Assembly: GCA_026705765.1 (NCBI GenBank)
Contig: JAPPAB010000106.1
Coordinates: forward strand, 624 to 64,623
Direction: 5' to 3'
Length of the DNA: 64,000 nucleotides
Source of the DNA: Gemmatimonadota bacterium
GTDB lineage: Bacteria > Latescibacterota > UBA2968
Shown here: in pieces, positions 1-9,199 of the stretch
Position numbering within the stretch: the first letter of the stretch is position 1
Layout: the number at the start of each line of letters is the position of its first letter
Notes under the pieces: generated by a model
What the model was told of the DNA's origin: nothing
Database searches by the model: none
What the model saw: only the letters and a program-made list of their open reading frames with translations
Position numbers and translations under genes: made by a program

Positions 1-563
1 CGTCGATCTGCCGTCATCTTAAATCCTTCGGGACCTTTCCAGCCCTCCACATGGGAATCTTCGATCACGCATAGACCGCCGTGAACCGGGCGCGATCCCG
101 TCAGATAAAACCACTTGCCCGACGGCCAGAGTCCGCGATTCAACACATCGCCCGAGTTCAAAATTTTATCGGAATATCCACACCAATCGGTATGCCACCC
201 CACGGGCTGAGATCCCGACATCCGGATAATCGCAGCAGACCGGTGGACAGTCATATCATCGGTGCCAATCAAATGCCGGTGAATAGCCATAAATGGCTCG
301 TATTCCAAAAGCTCCCATGCACCTGACCCAGATTCGATCCACGCATGTCGCGTGCGACTCTGTCCGTGCTCTAAAGTCCCGTCTGGATCGGTACCGTCAT
401 ACACTGCCTGCTTGAGCTTCTCGACAATCTCATCCGGCAACACATCTTTAATAATCGCAAACCCGTGCGCCTCCAGGCATTCGGACATTGCATCGAGTTC
501 ATCTGTAGCAAACTCATAGCAATAGCCCAAATCGGGCTTTTTAATATGTGAATAGTCTGACAT
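1..563 (-). CDS. Phytanoyl-CoA dioxygenase (PhyH)-family protein, C-terminus runs off the window (partial)
   Basis: Reverse-strand translation from ATG at 561-563 gives MSDYSHIKKPDLGYCYEF...HGFAIIKDVLPDEI...WHTDW (HxD iron-binding motif), typical of the PhyH family. GGGAGG Shine-Dalgarno lies 6 nt upstream. No stop before the window edge. Confidence 0.6.
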   Translation of the reverse strand, partial: MSDYSHIKKPDLGYCYEFATDELDAMSECLEAHGFAIIKDVLPDEIVEKLKQAVYDGTDPDGTLEHGQSRTRHAWIESGSGAWELLEYEPFMAIHRHLIGTDDMTVHRSAAIIRMSGSQPVGWHTDWCGYSDKILNSGDVLNRGLWPSGKWFYLTGSRPVHGGLCVIEDSHVEGWKGPEGFKMTADR

Positions 564-583
564 TTTTCCTCCCTGTAAGCTCT

Positions 584-1597
584 TTATTCAGGTGGGTCAG
601 AAGACAGAGCATTGCCATCTGTCACCTGGCATCCGGCCAATAACACTTCCTGCACGGTCAAATCATGTGCTTGAGAATAATCCGGTTCTTTCCCCCCATT
701 CATACACGCTTTCAACTCCCGCAACAGCGTTGGAAAACTATCGGGAGGTTCAATCTCCAATTCCTGCCAGCCGCTTTGATACCCTTCGGCTTCCTCTTCC
801 AAGCACAAACTCAGATTATTGGAGCCAATGGGCGCGTGAAGCGCTGTCCCTGCCGTCCCGTGTACCTCAATCCGCCGCGCCATACCCACCTGCATAGCGG
901 CCATGTCAATCGTACCGAGACCGCGTTTAAAATCGTGTACCACAACCGCATTGTCAACGACAGTTCGCTTGCCGTAATGTTTTCTGAGAATGGGATGTAC
1001 ATCTGTCGGACGTCCCATCAGAGCCACCATAATATCGACGAGATGACCCGCCATCTCAAAATAAATTCCCCCGTGATAAATACCGTTCTCCTCTTCCAAC
1101 TCTGTGCGCCAGCTATGGGGCTTTGGGATGTGCCCGCGGTAAGCGTAAATATCACCCAACACACCCAGCTTTGCCAATCGAATAATCTCGTGAACAGCCG
1201 GATTATAACGCCACATATAGGCCAAATTGAGGACCAATTGTTTGTCCGACGCCAATTTCTGGATGCGCTTAAACTGGCCCAGATTGACCCCTGCGGGTTT
1301 TTCCAGCAACACATGCTTGCCTGCGGTGAGTGCTTGTTCGGCATAATCCAAATTCTGATAGACATGCCCTTCGACAATAACGGCATCGGCCTCACTGTTT
1401 AACACCGCGTCAACCGAATCAAAAATGGGAATATCCAGCCCCACCTCCGCACTCTTTTCTCGCCGGATCGCAATCACTTCGGGATCGGGATCGTACATGC
1501 CAATGAACGCAACCTCATCGGGCGATTGTGCAGCTTCCCGCAAGTGCATACTCGTATGACTGTGCCAACATCCCAAAAACGCAACTTTTAATGCCAT
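584..1597 (-). CDS. Gfo/Idh/MocA-family NAD(P)-dependent oxidoreductase
   Basis: 337-aa ORF. N-terminal Rossmann stretch MALKVAFLGCWHSHTSMH, then the EKP motif (LLEKPAGVN) typical of Gfo/Idh/MocA. Confidence 0.8.
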   Translation of the reverse strand: MALKVAFLGCWHSHTSMHLREAAQSPDEVAFIGMYDPDPEVIAIRREKSAEVGLDIPIFDSVDAVLNSEADAVIVEGHVYQNLDYAEQALTAGKHVLLEKPAGVNLGQFKRIQKLASDKQLVLNLAYMWRYNPAVHEIIRLAKLGVLGDIYAYRGHIPKPHSWRTELEEENGIYHGGIYFEMAGHLVDIMVALMGRPTDVHPILRKHYGKRTVVDNAVVVHDFKRGLGTIDMAAMQVGMARRIEVHGTAGTALHAPIGSNNLSLCLEEEAEGYQSGWQELEIEPPDSFPTLLRELKACMNGGKEPDYSQAHDLTVQEVLLAGCQVTDGNALSSDPPE

Positions 1598-1611
1598 TGA
1601 AAACTCCTTTA

Positions 1612-4305
1612 TTATTTCATCTCGAAATCTCCCGAACCAACCGCACGGTATTCCACACCCTCATCTCGAATGGTCACAAACGACGATGTCCGGATCTGCA
1701 ACTGTACTGTGCCCTCAATCTCGCGAAGCGGAAAAAAGCAATGCGCCGCCCCTGTATTTGTGACGCGAAAACCGGGATCGTCTTCGAGAATGACGTGCTC
1801 ACCCACCACGCGTTGAACGCGCAACCCACGCGTTGTACCATCGCCAAATGTCACCACAGCAACAGCCCCATCTATATCCTCCATTTCAGGCGTGCCATTC
1901 ACGACCAATGCATGATAAGGCGCACCATCCTCTATTCGCAATACATCTGTAACCTGCTCCGTATAGATACCTTCACCCGTTAATTGCGCTGTTTGCCATT
2001 GCACCTTCTCCCCACCCCATAAACCCATAACTCGCGCCTCGCCATCCTGTTCGCGCACAAAACCGACCTCGCCTTGAAATGTAAGATCACCCCTGCGAAA
2101 AACTTCTGTCCCGGGTTGCAGAACAATATGATCTGTAACCCCCCGGTGGCGCACTTTCAGGTACGCGCCGCGCTCGCCAATATCTTCCACCTCAACAGAA
2201 TCGACAAACGCCTTATCCCGAAACGGCTCGTGAACAGCCATGAATCGACTCGGTGATCGACCTTTTTGCCGAACCATCAACATGGGCATGCGAAAGCGAT
2301 CAATCAGTGTTTCATCTTCATCTGCGCGCCGTACAGAGGGCGCATCACCCACAAAAAGTTCGCTATCCTTCAGTCCCACAAGATGAATACGCACGGCAAC
2401 ATCATCTCCTTGAAAGGTGACACGCGCATCCTGCACACGCTCGCTATGCAGTACATTTTGAAAAAATGCAAGCGCAACATTCCGCCCCTCTGCATCTCCC
2501 TGGTCGCGTTCGTGTTCTGGGAACCGCACCTTCACACCTGGCAAAAGGTTTTCTCCATAGTGCTGCAAAGGCACATTGGTCTCTGTCCGCATATCCACAT
2601 CCGCGCTTCCGTGCATCACCCAATCGCGCTGATCGCCGCCCCGCACGCGAAACAGATCAACCACATAATGATCCTCTCCCCCCACATTTACGAGCATGAC
2701 CAACCGCCGATATTCTTCCGCCAGTCCGGGATACACGCCCTCTCCACTCGCTTCTACCCATTGCACACGGGGGTATGCGACTTCAAAAGCCAGCAGAGAG
2801 CCGTCTATAATACCTTTTCGGTTGGAGCGTTCCTGTTCTTCTTCATCGATCAACACAGTATTGTGGCACAAGGTACTGACCGTCCAGCTGCGGTATTGGG
2901 TATGGGTATAGCCCACATCGGAGAGCAATTCCTGTCCTCTGGCAAAAATCATCAGATTCAAATTATCCGCATGGGCATGTCCATAAGCTCCCGAAAAATG
3001 CAGATGCACCTGCACCTGATGTTCGCCATTTCCCCTCCCCAGCCACGCATGCCCAACACCCGGCAGCAGTGTCGCATGCGATTGTTCAAGCGGTTTGACA
3101 TTGGGATCAACCCGCCGACTATCCCGATATGCCCAGGCATCGTGCATGGGAATCCACCTCCCATCGGGATATCTGCAAATATCCAGAAGCCGACTTGCCT
3201 TTTTTACAATATCAATATCGCGCTCCAAATCCAGGTTATCATATCTCCTGCCATCATCCGACACATACCCCACAGGGTCGGAATACCCTTTCAGCGCATC
3301 AAATACCACTTGCATACCTGCCATTGTCATCCGGTGATACCCCAAACTGCCTTCATGCCAGAAGCCATCCGCATAAAATTGGCTCTCAAACAGTCCGATA
3401 CTGCGACGAACCGCTTCATGTACCAGTTCGGGATCGCCCAAAACGCGCCCCATCACCGCATACCCGCGATAGATATGGGGGCTCGCATTGGTATAGAGAA
3501 TCCCGTGATACCTATCCTGCCGAATGGCCCCACGAAAGAAATCGTCCTCAATCCGCTTTTTCACATCTATCCCAACCGCATCGGACAATCGCTCCAGTTC
3601 ACCACTCGTATAAATCGCATCATAGGCCATAACCAGATTGGTCGGCATTTCATCGTGCCGCCACCGCCCCCACTTTCCCCCATTATTTGGATAGGGCGGT
3701 TCAAACACAAATCCCTTTTGTTCGTGTGGCCGATCATAACTCACCAGAAAGCCCGGGTAATACTGCGCGAATGCGTCCAGAATCAATGTCGCGCGTCGCG
3801 CATACGTCGCATCTCCTGTTGCCTGGTACAATTCTCCCAAATCTTCCGCGATCGCCGCAAAATACACACGCGCTTCCCGCCACGCCTTTGCCCGAAAGTA
3901 ATACCGAAATCCCGTCTCATCTTCCCAAAATGGATATGTCACCGTCTCACCTACCGGGTTGACAACCTTTAACACCTGGTCATCGGAATACGCCTCATTG
4001 GGAAACACCATCTCGCAATAGCGACACTGCACGCGATGTGGATTTTTAATGGACCATCGCAACTGCCCTTCTTGAGCACCCGCATCGCAATCGGGACACC
4101 CCACAAATCGAAACCCCGTTTTATCGGGAATCAACGCCACCATCTCCGCTTCAGAAAGCACCATCACCGCTCGCACCCGCCGTTTCATACGCGCGATTTC
4201 CTTTTCGGTTAAACTCACCTGATAAACCGGGCGTTCAATGGCTTGCATAGCCGATACTCCTGTGAAAATTTGAATAAAAATTAAAAAAGAAATGCGTATT
4301 GACAT
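1612..4305 (-). CDS. Secreted heparinase II/III-like polysaccharide lyase with an N-terminal Cys-rich (zinc-ribbon-like) segment
   Basis: 897-aa ORF with hydrophobic N-terminus. Alginate-lyase-like helical region followed by a heparinase II/III-type segment with conserved His/Tyr (FSGAYGHAHADNLNLMIFARG). CPDCD...CRYCE cysteine cluster near the N-terminus. Confidence 0.7.
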   Translation of the reverse strand: MSIRISFLIFIQIFTGVSAMQAIERPVYQVSLTEKEIARMKRRVRAVMVLSEAEMVALIPDKTGFRFVGCPDCDAGAQEGQLRWSIKNPHRVQCRYCEMVFPNEAYSDDQVLKVVNPVGETVTYPFWEDETGFRYYFRAKAWREARVYFAAIAEDLGELYQATGDATYARRATLILDAFAQYYPGFLVSYDRPHEQKGFVFEPPYPNNGGKWGRWRHDEMPTNLVMAYDAIYTSGELERLSDAVGIDVKKRIEDDFFRGAIRQDRYHGILYTNASPHIYRGYAVMGRVLGDPELVHEAVRRSIGLFESQFYADGFWHEGSLGYHRMTMAGMQVVFDALKGYSDPVGYVSDDGRRYDNLDLERDIDIVKKASRLLDICRYPDGRWIPMHDAWAYRDSRRVDPNVKPLEQSHATLLPGVGHAWLGRGNGEHQVQVHLHFSGAYGHAHADNLNLMIFARGQELLSDVGYTHTQYRSWTVSTLCHNTVLIDEEEQERSNRKGIIDGSLLAFEVAYPRVQWVEASGEGVYPGLAEEYRRLVMLVNVGGEDHYVVDLFRVRGGDQRDWVMHGSADVDMRTETNVPLQHYGENLLPGVKVRFPEHERDQGDAEGRNVALAFFQNVLHSERVQDARVTFQGDDVAVRIHLVGLKDSELFVGDAPSVRRADEDETLIDRFRMPMLMVRQKGRSPSRFMAVHEPFRDKAFVDSVEVEDIGERGAYLKVRHRGVTDHIVLQPGTEVFRRGDLTFQGEVGFVREQDGEARVMGLWGGEKVQWQTAQLTGEGIYTEQVTDVLRIEDGAPYHALVVNGTPEMEDIDGAVAVVTFGDGTTRGLRVQRVVGEHVILEDDPGFRVTNTGAAHCFFPLREIEGTVQLQIRTSSFVTIRDEGVEYRAVGSGDFEMK

Positions 4306-4332
4306 TGTATATACAATTCTCTAAATTGTTTT

Positions 4333-4629
4333 ATGGATATTTACTACGAACTGCACAATATCACCTTTATCTGGGATGAAAATAAAGCTCGTACAAACTC
4401 AATAAAACACGATGGTGTAACTTTTGAGCAAGCTGCAGAAGCTTTCTTTGATCCCTTTTTAAAAGTGGTGGATGCGAGTCGTAGTGAAGAGGCCCGCGAT
4501 GCCGTTGTTGGGCTGGATACACGCTGGAATTTACTATTCGTTGTTCACATTGAAATACAAGATGATGAAATTCGGATCATTTCAGCCCGTAAAGCAACTC
4601 GAAGGGAAAGATTTGACTATGAAAATTGA
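4333..4629 (+). CDS. brnT: BrnT-family (DUF497) ribonuclease toxin
   Basis: 98 aa. FIWDENKARTNSIKHDGVTFEQAAEAFFDP ... RIISARKATRRER matches the BrnT signature. Overlaps the downstream antitoxin by 11 nt. Confidence 0.8.
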   Translation: MDIYYELHNITFIWDENKARTNSIKHDGVTFEQAAEAFFDPFLKVVDASRSEEARDAVVGLDTRWNLLFVVHIEIQDDEIRIISARKATRRERFDYEN

Positions 4630-4915
4630 CAAATTAAAAAATCGTCTGCGGAAAAACCGTCCTATGACGACCGTATCTATTCGGTTTCCCGAAGATGTTA
4701 TCGACGATCTAAAGCAAGTTGCACCAATGCTGGGATTCTCCGGATACCAACCACTTATTCGCGCTTACGTAGGTCAGGGCTTGCGTGTGGATCTTGAACG
4801 CTTAGATCAGGAGATCCTACCTGCTTTGGTCAATAACCTAAAAAAACGCGGTATCAGTGAAGCACTAATCACCGAAGCTTTGGCAGAAGCAAACCAAGCA
4901 CCAAAACCGCAATAA
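4619..4915 (+). CDS. brnA: BrnA-like antitoxin (CopG/RHH-type)
   Basis: Internal ATG of the 4472 ORF, in frame (MKIDKLKNRLRKNRPMTTVSIRFPEDVIDDLKQ...), translationally coupled to brnT. Typical BrnA placement and size. Confidence 0.7.
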   Translation: MKIDKLKNRLRKNRPMTTVSIRFPEDVIDDLKQVAPMLGFSGYQPLIRAYVGQGLRVDLERLDQEILPALVNNLKKRGISEALITEALAEANQAPKPQ

Positions 4916-4975
4916 TTATTACTGTACAAATCATCCCTTTTTTGAGCAAGCCTTACAGAATCCTCTGTGAGGCTT

Positions 4976-6265
4976 TTATTTTATCTCATCCAAACGCGCA
5001 CGAAACCCGGGCAAAAGAGCTGTGACCACGGCGGTTGCAACCAGGGCGACACTGGTGTGCAAACCGAGGGCAATAGGCGCGCCATAAACTTCGGTGAGTT
5101 TGCCAATTTGCAGGCTACCAAGCGGTCCTGCGCCAATGGCGAGGACAAGTGTACCCATAGCGCGATCTCTCATATCATCGCGAGCAGCGATAAGCATAAT
5201 TGAGCTTTGCATCACACTGAAAAATGCATGCCCAATGCCGGCAAGTATGAGGAGAAAGATGGCGAGTGGAAAAGCAACCTGCGTGCCGAACAGGGTAAGC
5301 GCACCAACCCAGGACGTGCTAAAGGCAAAGACAAACAGCGCAAGAGACTGGAAAAGCGATCCAGCGGAAAATATCCAGCCGCGACTGAGGCGCGAGCGCA
5401 ACACACTGACCGCGTAAAGGCCAAAAAACGCCCCAATACCATTGCACGCGCCCAGCACACCGTATTCAAGTGGCCCCTTGTGAAGAATATCGTGTGTAAA
5501 AATGGGCAGGATGGTCTGGTAGGGAAACGCCAGAAAATTCATGATCACAGTAATGAGCAGCGTACCCATAATCGGCTGGCTGGTACGTATGTATTGCAAG
5601 CCTTCGCGCATCAGCGTCCACGGAGAGGTTTTGAGAATCGCGGGGTGACGCGGCACTTTGACGCCCAGCATGATCAGAAATGAGATAAGGGAGATGAAAA
5701 AAATAGTGATATAACAGTCCAATACGCCAAATAAAGCGTAAATATATCCGCTTAAAAAAGGCCCAATCATGCGAGCGATATTTTGGGTAAAGCTTTCGAG
5801 CATCATCGCTTCAACCGTGCGCTGCTTGCTTACCAGATCGGGTACCAGAGCGCGACGAGCAGTCCAATTAAGAGACCACGAGGTGCCAAATAACACTGCG
5901 CCAATCGCGAGATGCCAGACTGCCAGTTGGTTGGTCCAGAGCAGCAGGATAATGGCTGCGAGAACCAGTACGCTGAGCCATTGCGAGAAAATCACGATGC
6001 GAACGCGCCCAACGCTATTGATCAATGGCCCGGCGATAAAACCGATGAGCAACAGGGGAATAGATCGGTAAAAGCCAATCAGTGCGACCTCAAACGCAGA
6101 GTGGGTAATCTCAAAAACGAGCCATCCCACGACAATCATTTCCATCCACATGGCCTGCCACCAGAGCATATTGCTCAAGATCAGGTAGCGAAAGCCGCGA
6201 TTGCCCAGGGGGGCAAGGGACCCTCGAAAGGAGATGACAAATTTTCCCGTTCTTCTAATGCGCAT
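4976..6265 (-). CDS. MFS transporter
   Basis: 429-aa polytopic ORF with about 12 hydrophobic segments and MFS-like loop motifs (GPLINSVGRVRIV). Confidence 0.75.
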   Translation of the reverse strand: MRIRRTGKFVISFRGSLAPLGNRGFRYLILSNMLWWQAMWMEMIVVGWLVFEITHSAFEVALIGFYRSIPLLLIGFIAGPLINSVGRVRIVIFSQWLSVLVLAAIILLLWTNQLAVWHLAIGAVLFGTSWSLNWTARRALVPDLVSKQRTVEAMMLESFTQNIARMIGPFLSGYIYALFGVLDCYITIFFISLISFLIMLGVKVPRHPAILKTSPWTLMREGLQYIRTSQPIMGTLLITVIMNFLAFPYQTILPIFTHDILHKGPLEYGVLGACNGIGAFFGLYAVSVLRSRLSRGWIFSAGSLFQSLALFVFAFSTSWVGALTLFGTQVAFPLAIFLLILAGIGHAFFSVMQSSIMLIAARDDMRDRAMGTLVLAIGAGPLGSLQIGKLTEVYGAPIALGLHTSVALVATAVVTALLPGFRARLDEIK

Positions 6266-6331
6266 GGTCGAGTTTCAAATCCAATCTTCATAGCGCGGAG
6301 AATGTCGTCTATCGCTATAGCCTCTGCTCTT

Positions 6332-6904
6332 TTACCGCCCAATCTCAAAATCGCGCGCCACTGCCCTTGCCATCGTCACGAGTACATCGTCGTCAATGCG
6401 CACGCGATAATTGGGATTAATATATTGAAATTGGATCTTGCGATTGGGTGCAATCACAAAGAGCGATGGTACGGGCAAAGAGCGTTTTCTGTTATTCACA
6501 AACGCAACGCCATAAGCCTTTGCTGCCTCAAATTCCACATCAGATAATAACGCAAAATCGAGACCCACGCGATCGCGCACCTCAGCCAATTTTTCAGGCG
6601 GATCGGGCGCAATAGCAATAATTTCAAAACCCAAACTATCCAACTGTGACTTCAGTTCCTGCAGTTGTCCCAACTGCCGTCGGCAATGCGGTCACCAGTA
6701 TCCCCGATAAAAAATCAAAATCGTCGGTTTTTTGTGTGTGCCCAGGTCAAAATCTCGTCCATTCGCATCGACGAGTGTCAGCGAGGGAACTTCATCGCCA
6801 ACCATCAAGGGACGCACCTTATTCGGCGCATCGGGCAATTGCGCGTGCCCCCATCCAAAAGTACCAAACACTACCAGCAACGCAATCCAGATTATTTTCT
6901 TCAT
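6332..6904 (-). CDS. Thioredoxin-fold redoxin (AhpC/TSA or thiol-disulfide oxidoreductase-like), candidate selenoprotein with in-frame UGA at 6692-6694
   Basis: ORFs 6692..6904 and 6332..6673 are in the same frame and separated only by TGA. The joined product reads ...KPTILIFYRGYW-[TGA]-PHCRRQLGQLQELK.... The TGA sits exactly where the first Cys of the redoxin WCPxC motif is expected. Signal-peptide-like N-terminus. A GCAGUUG-GGA-CAACUGC hairpin starts about 15 nt after the UGA. Confidence 0.5.
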
Positions 6905-6918
6905 AAAAATCTCCTATA

Positions 6919-8418
6919 TTACAATGAAAGAATCTTCTCGATCTTCCCCGGCTGTGCCCAGTTGCATTTTCCCTCTCCGTTGAGTTGTCTCAACAACGTG
7001 GGAATACCCGGATGGTGAAGCGCAGAACAAATTCGCCTGGCATCAGCCTCATCCCAACAAGGGATAAACGCCTGCATCGCTTGATTCGCCTGCCATATCT
7101 GCCCATCTCTGCTATTTAAGATCACAGGATGGAAATCACTCTTGCCATAAGCCTCCCAAATCACCTTGTAAGGTGCAAAAGAATACGGGCCGACACCGAG
7201 CAGTGACCACCAGACACCTTTGGCAATAGCTGACCGGATCAAAGTACCTTTCCGACTCTCCAGTTTGTCTCTAACCTCAATGAGATATTGTCTGAGATCG
7301 GCATATTGCTCAATACTGGTCCACGAAAGCGGTCGTCCTGTATCTCTATCATACGGAAGCAGAATCCATTTATGCGGGACCATATCCCCATTTTTCCATA
7401 TCTCCTTTGTCGCAAGCGGAAAGAGAAATTCCTCAGGCAGATGCGTTGGTTTATCCTCGAACATAAAAATCGCATTCGCACCACACGTATTTACGCCCTG
7501 GCGCGGTTTCTGATCAGAAGATAGTTCGACTTTGATGGCACCAAGATCAGCAGTGTCTCCGCGTTTAAGAACGCGCCATTGATCGTCAGATGCCTTTAGA
7601 GGAACCGCACGGTGTTCGATCCACCCCCCTCCCCGCTCTCTGAAATATCTGACGGGGAATCTGTGCGGCACATCCATGCGAAACCTGGCGCAGCAATAAG
7701 ATGTACCTACCCCTTCAAACACCTCTGTCGCCGTAAATTCACAGACTTCATCTACCTCAAATCTCCGACCATTGGCAACATAGTCCCTGAACCCTTTGTG
7801 GGCATCACCGCCCGAAAAAAGAGAAAGTGGGAGAAAGAAACACCCTATCCCATTCCCACGCAGCAATTTGCCCAGTACGACCTTCAAAACCAAAGCCGCT
7901 ATATCGGTGCGCGAGGAACCGAGAAGAACCTGTTTCTTATCGGGAACAAGACCTTCTGCTTCAAAATAAGGCTTGAGTCTCTCCTTATATGAATCAGACA
8001 AATCCGTAAAATTTGCCCACGGCGGATTGCCAAACAAAATGTCGTAATCGGTATTTGGAGGATCTGTAATCACATCTAATGCGAGAAGTTGCGATGAGGG
8101 AAAATCAATCGCGAATTTCCGATACGCTTTAAGTTGAAATGCCTGAAGATGTGACGTATGGACCTCGATCAACGTCAGGCGCGAAAGAAGCTCTGGCGAT
8201 ACCCGAATACCTCTCGATCTGGCGAGACGGAACAGTGCGAGCGCGAAAGCGCCCTGTCCCGCAGCCGGGTCACAAACAGACGCCCCATCAATCCACGCAT
8301 CGAAAATACCCCACCGCTCGATAAGCCATTCTGCCCATTTAATCGGAGTAAAAACCTGCCCGACCTCAACACTGTGTGAACTGCTTATAGACATACTTCT
8401 CAACCCATTCCAGTGCAA
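6919..8418 (-). CDS. Gamma-class N6-adenine DNA methyltransferase (Eco57I/TaqI-like) with C-terminal target-recognition region
   Basis: Motif I VCDPAAGQGAF precedes motif IV FGNPPW, the gamma-class order. 499 aa. The true start may be the internal MSISSS. Confidence 0.8.
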   Translation of the reverse strand: MHWNGLRSMSISSSHSVEVGQVFTPIKWAEWLIERWGIFDAWIDGASVCDPAAGQGAFALALFRLARSRGIRVSPELLSRLTLIEVHTSHLQAFQLKAYRKFAIDFPSSQLLALDVITDPPNTDYDILFGNPPWANFTDLSDSYKERLKPYFEAEGLVPDKKQVLLGSSRTDIAALVLKVVLGKLLRGNGIGCFFLPLSLFSGGDAHKGFRDYVANGRRFEVDEVCEFTATEVFEGVGTSYCCARFRMDVPHRFPVRYFRERGGGWIEHRAVPLKASDDQWRVLKRGDTADLGAIKVELSSDQKPRQGVNTCGANAIFMFEDKPTHLPEEFLFPLATKEIWKNGDMVPHKWILLPYDRDTGRPLSWTSIEQYADLRQYLIEVRDKLESRKGTLIRSAIAKGVWWSLLGVGPYSFAPYKVIWEAYGKSDFHPVILNSRDGQIWQANQAMQAFIPCWDEADARRICSALHHPGIPTLLRQLNGEGKCNWAQPGKIEKILSL

Positions 8419-8636
8419 TTAATTATGCCAATCACCTGACGAACTTTCTTCAACGCAACCAGATACTGACTTTGGATCCATATCTTCTTTGAAATCACAT
8501 ATCGCATTTATACACATTTGTTTGTCAAAATTCAACCCGATTATACCCGCCTGACAAACACCTGTCAACCGATTTGTGTCAATGAGACGCGGGAATATAC
8601 TATTGGTTATTTTTAATCCGTTCAATTAAAAAAGAC

Positions 8637-8676
8637 GGCACTGGGAAAATTGCCAGTGCCACTTTTTCATTTTTTA
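8637..8676. terminator. GC hairpin (GGCACTGG...CCAGTGCC) flanked by A-run upstream and T-run downstream, a bidirectional terminator-like element
   Basis: 8-bp perfect inverted repeat with loop, followed by ACTTTTTCATTTTTT on the plus strand and preceded by AAAAAAGAC. Lies between the MTase-side operon and guaD. Confidence 0.3.
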
Positions 8677-8731
8677 GACTATATTTTGTCTTTTAGTTTT
8701 ACAAAATATCAAGAGAAAAGGAGATATTGGG

Positions 8732-9199
8732 ATGCAGCAGAAATTCATGGACAGAGCCATAGAGCTCTCCCGGATTCATATGAGGGCGGGAGAAGGCGGC
8801 CCATTCGGTGCGGTCATTGTCAAGGATGGAAGAATTATTTCAGAGGGATATAATGAGGTACTCTCCAGCAAAGACCCCACAGCCCATGCGGAGATCATGG
8901 CCATCAGAAAGGCGACATTCAAGCTCGATACTTTCCACCTCACGGGATGCGAAATCTACACCAGTTGCGAACCCTGTCCCATGTGTCTCGCCGCCATCTA
9001 CTGGGCCAGGATTGAGACAATTTATTTTGCCAATACCGCTGAAGACGCCAGAAATATCGGCTTCGACGACCAATTCTTTTACCAGGAATTGCAACTGCCG
9101 CGAGCCAAACGGCAAATTCCCTCCCATCAATTGCTGCGCGATCAGGCATTAGCGGTCTTCAAAGAGTGGCAGGAAAAGGCGGATCGCATTGAATACTAA
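8732..9199 (+). CDS. guaD: Guanine deaminase (CDA-fold, GuaD-type)
   Basis: 155 aa with GGPFGAVIVKDGRIISEGYN...DPTAHAEIMAIR...YTSCEPCPMCLAAIYWARI...GFDD, close to Bacillus subtilis GuaD including the HAE and PCxxC zinc motifs. AAGGAG Shine-Dalgarno upstream. Confidence 0.8.
   Translation: MQQKFMDRAIELSRIHMRAGEGGPFGAVIVKDGRIISEGYNEVLSSKDPTAHAEIMAIRKATFKLDTFHLTGCEIYTSCEPCPMCLAAIYWARIETIYFANTAEDARNIGFDDQFFYQELQLPRAKRQIPSHQLLRDQALAVFKEWQEKADRIEY

Noticed and set aside
665-1402. 245-aa plus-strand ORF antisense to the Gfo/Idh oxidoreductase
   Set aside because: No motifs. Overlaps a clearly real gene. Shadow ORF.
2266-3972. 568-aa plus-strand ORF antisense to the heparinase-like gene
   Set aside because: The product is His/Pro/Ile-rich and low-complexity. 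It lies entirely inside a well-supported CDS on the other strand. Typical shadow ORF of a high-GC-third-position gene.
6692-6694. Alternative genetic code (UGA=Trp/Gly) as explanation for the in-frame TGA
   Set aside because: Many well-supported genes in the window terminate cleanly at TGA with conserved C-termini (for example brnT at 4627-4629). A standard code is in use, so Sec recoding or a pseudogene are the live options.
8419-8625. 68-aa ORF immediately upstream of the MTase as a C-protein-like controller
   Set aside because: No helix-turn-helix pattern. Cys/Asp-rich and poorly complex. Probably non-coding leader.
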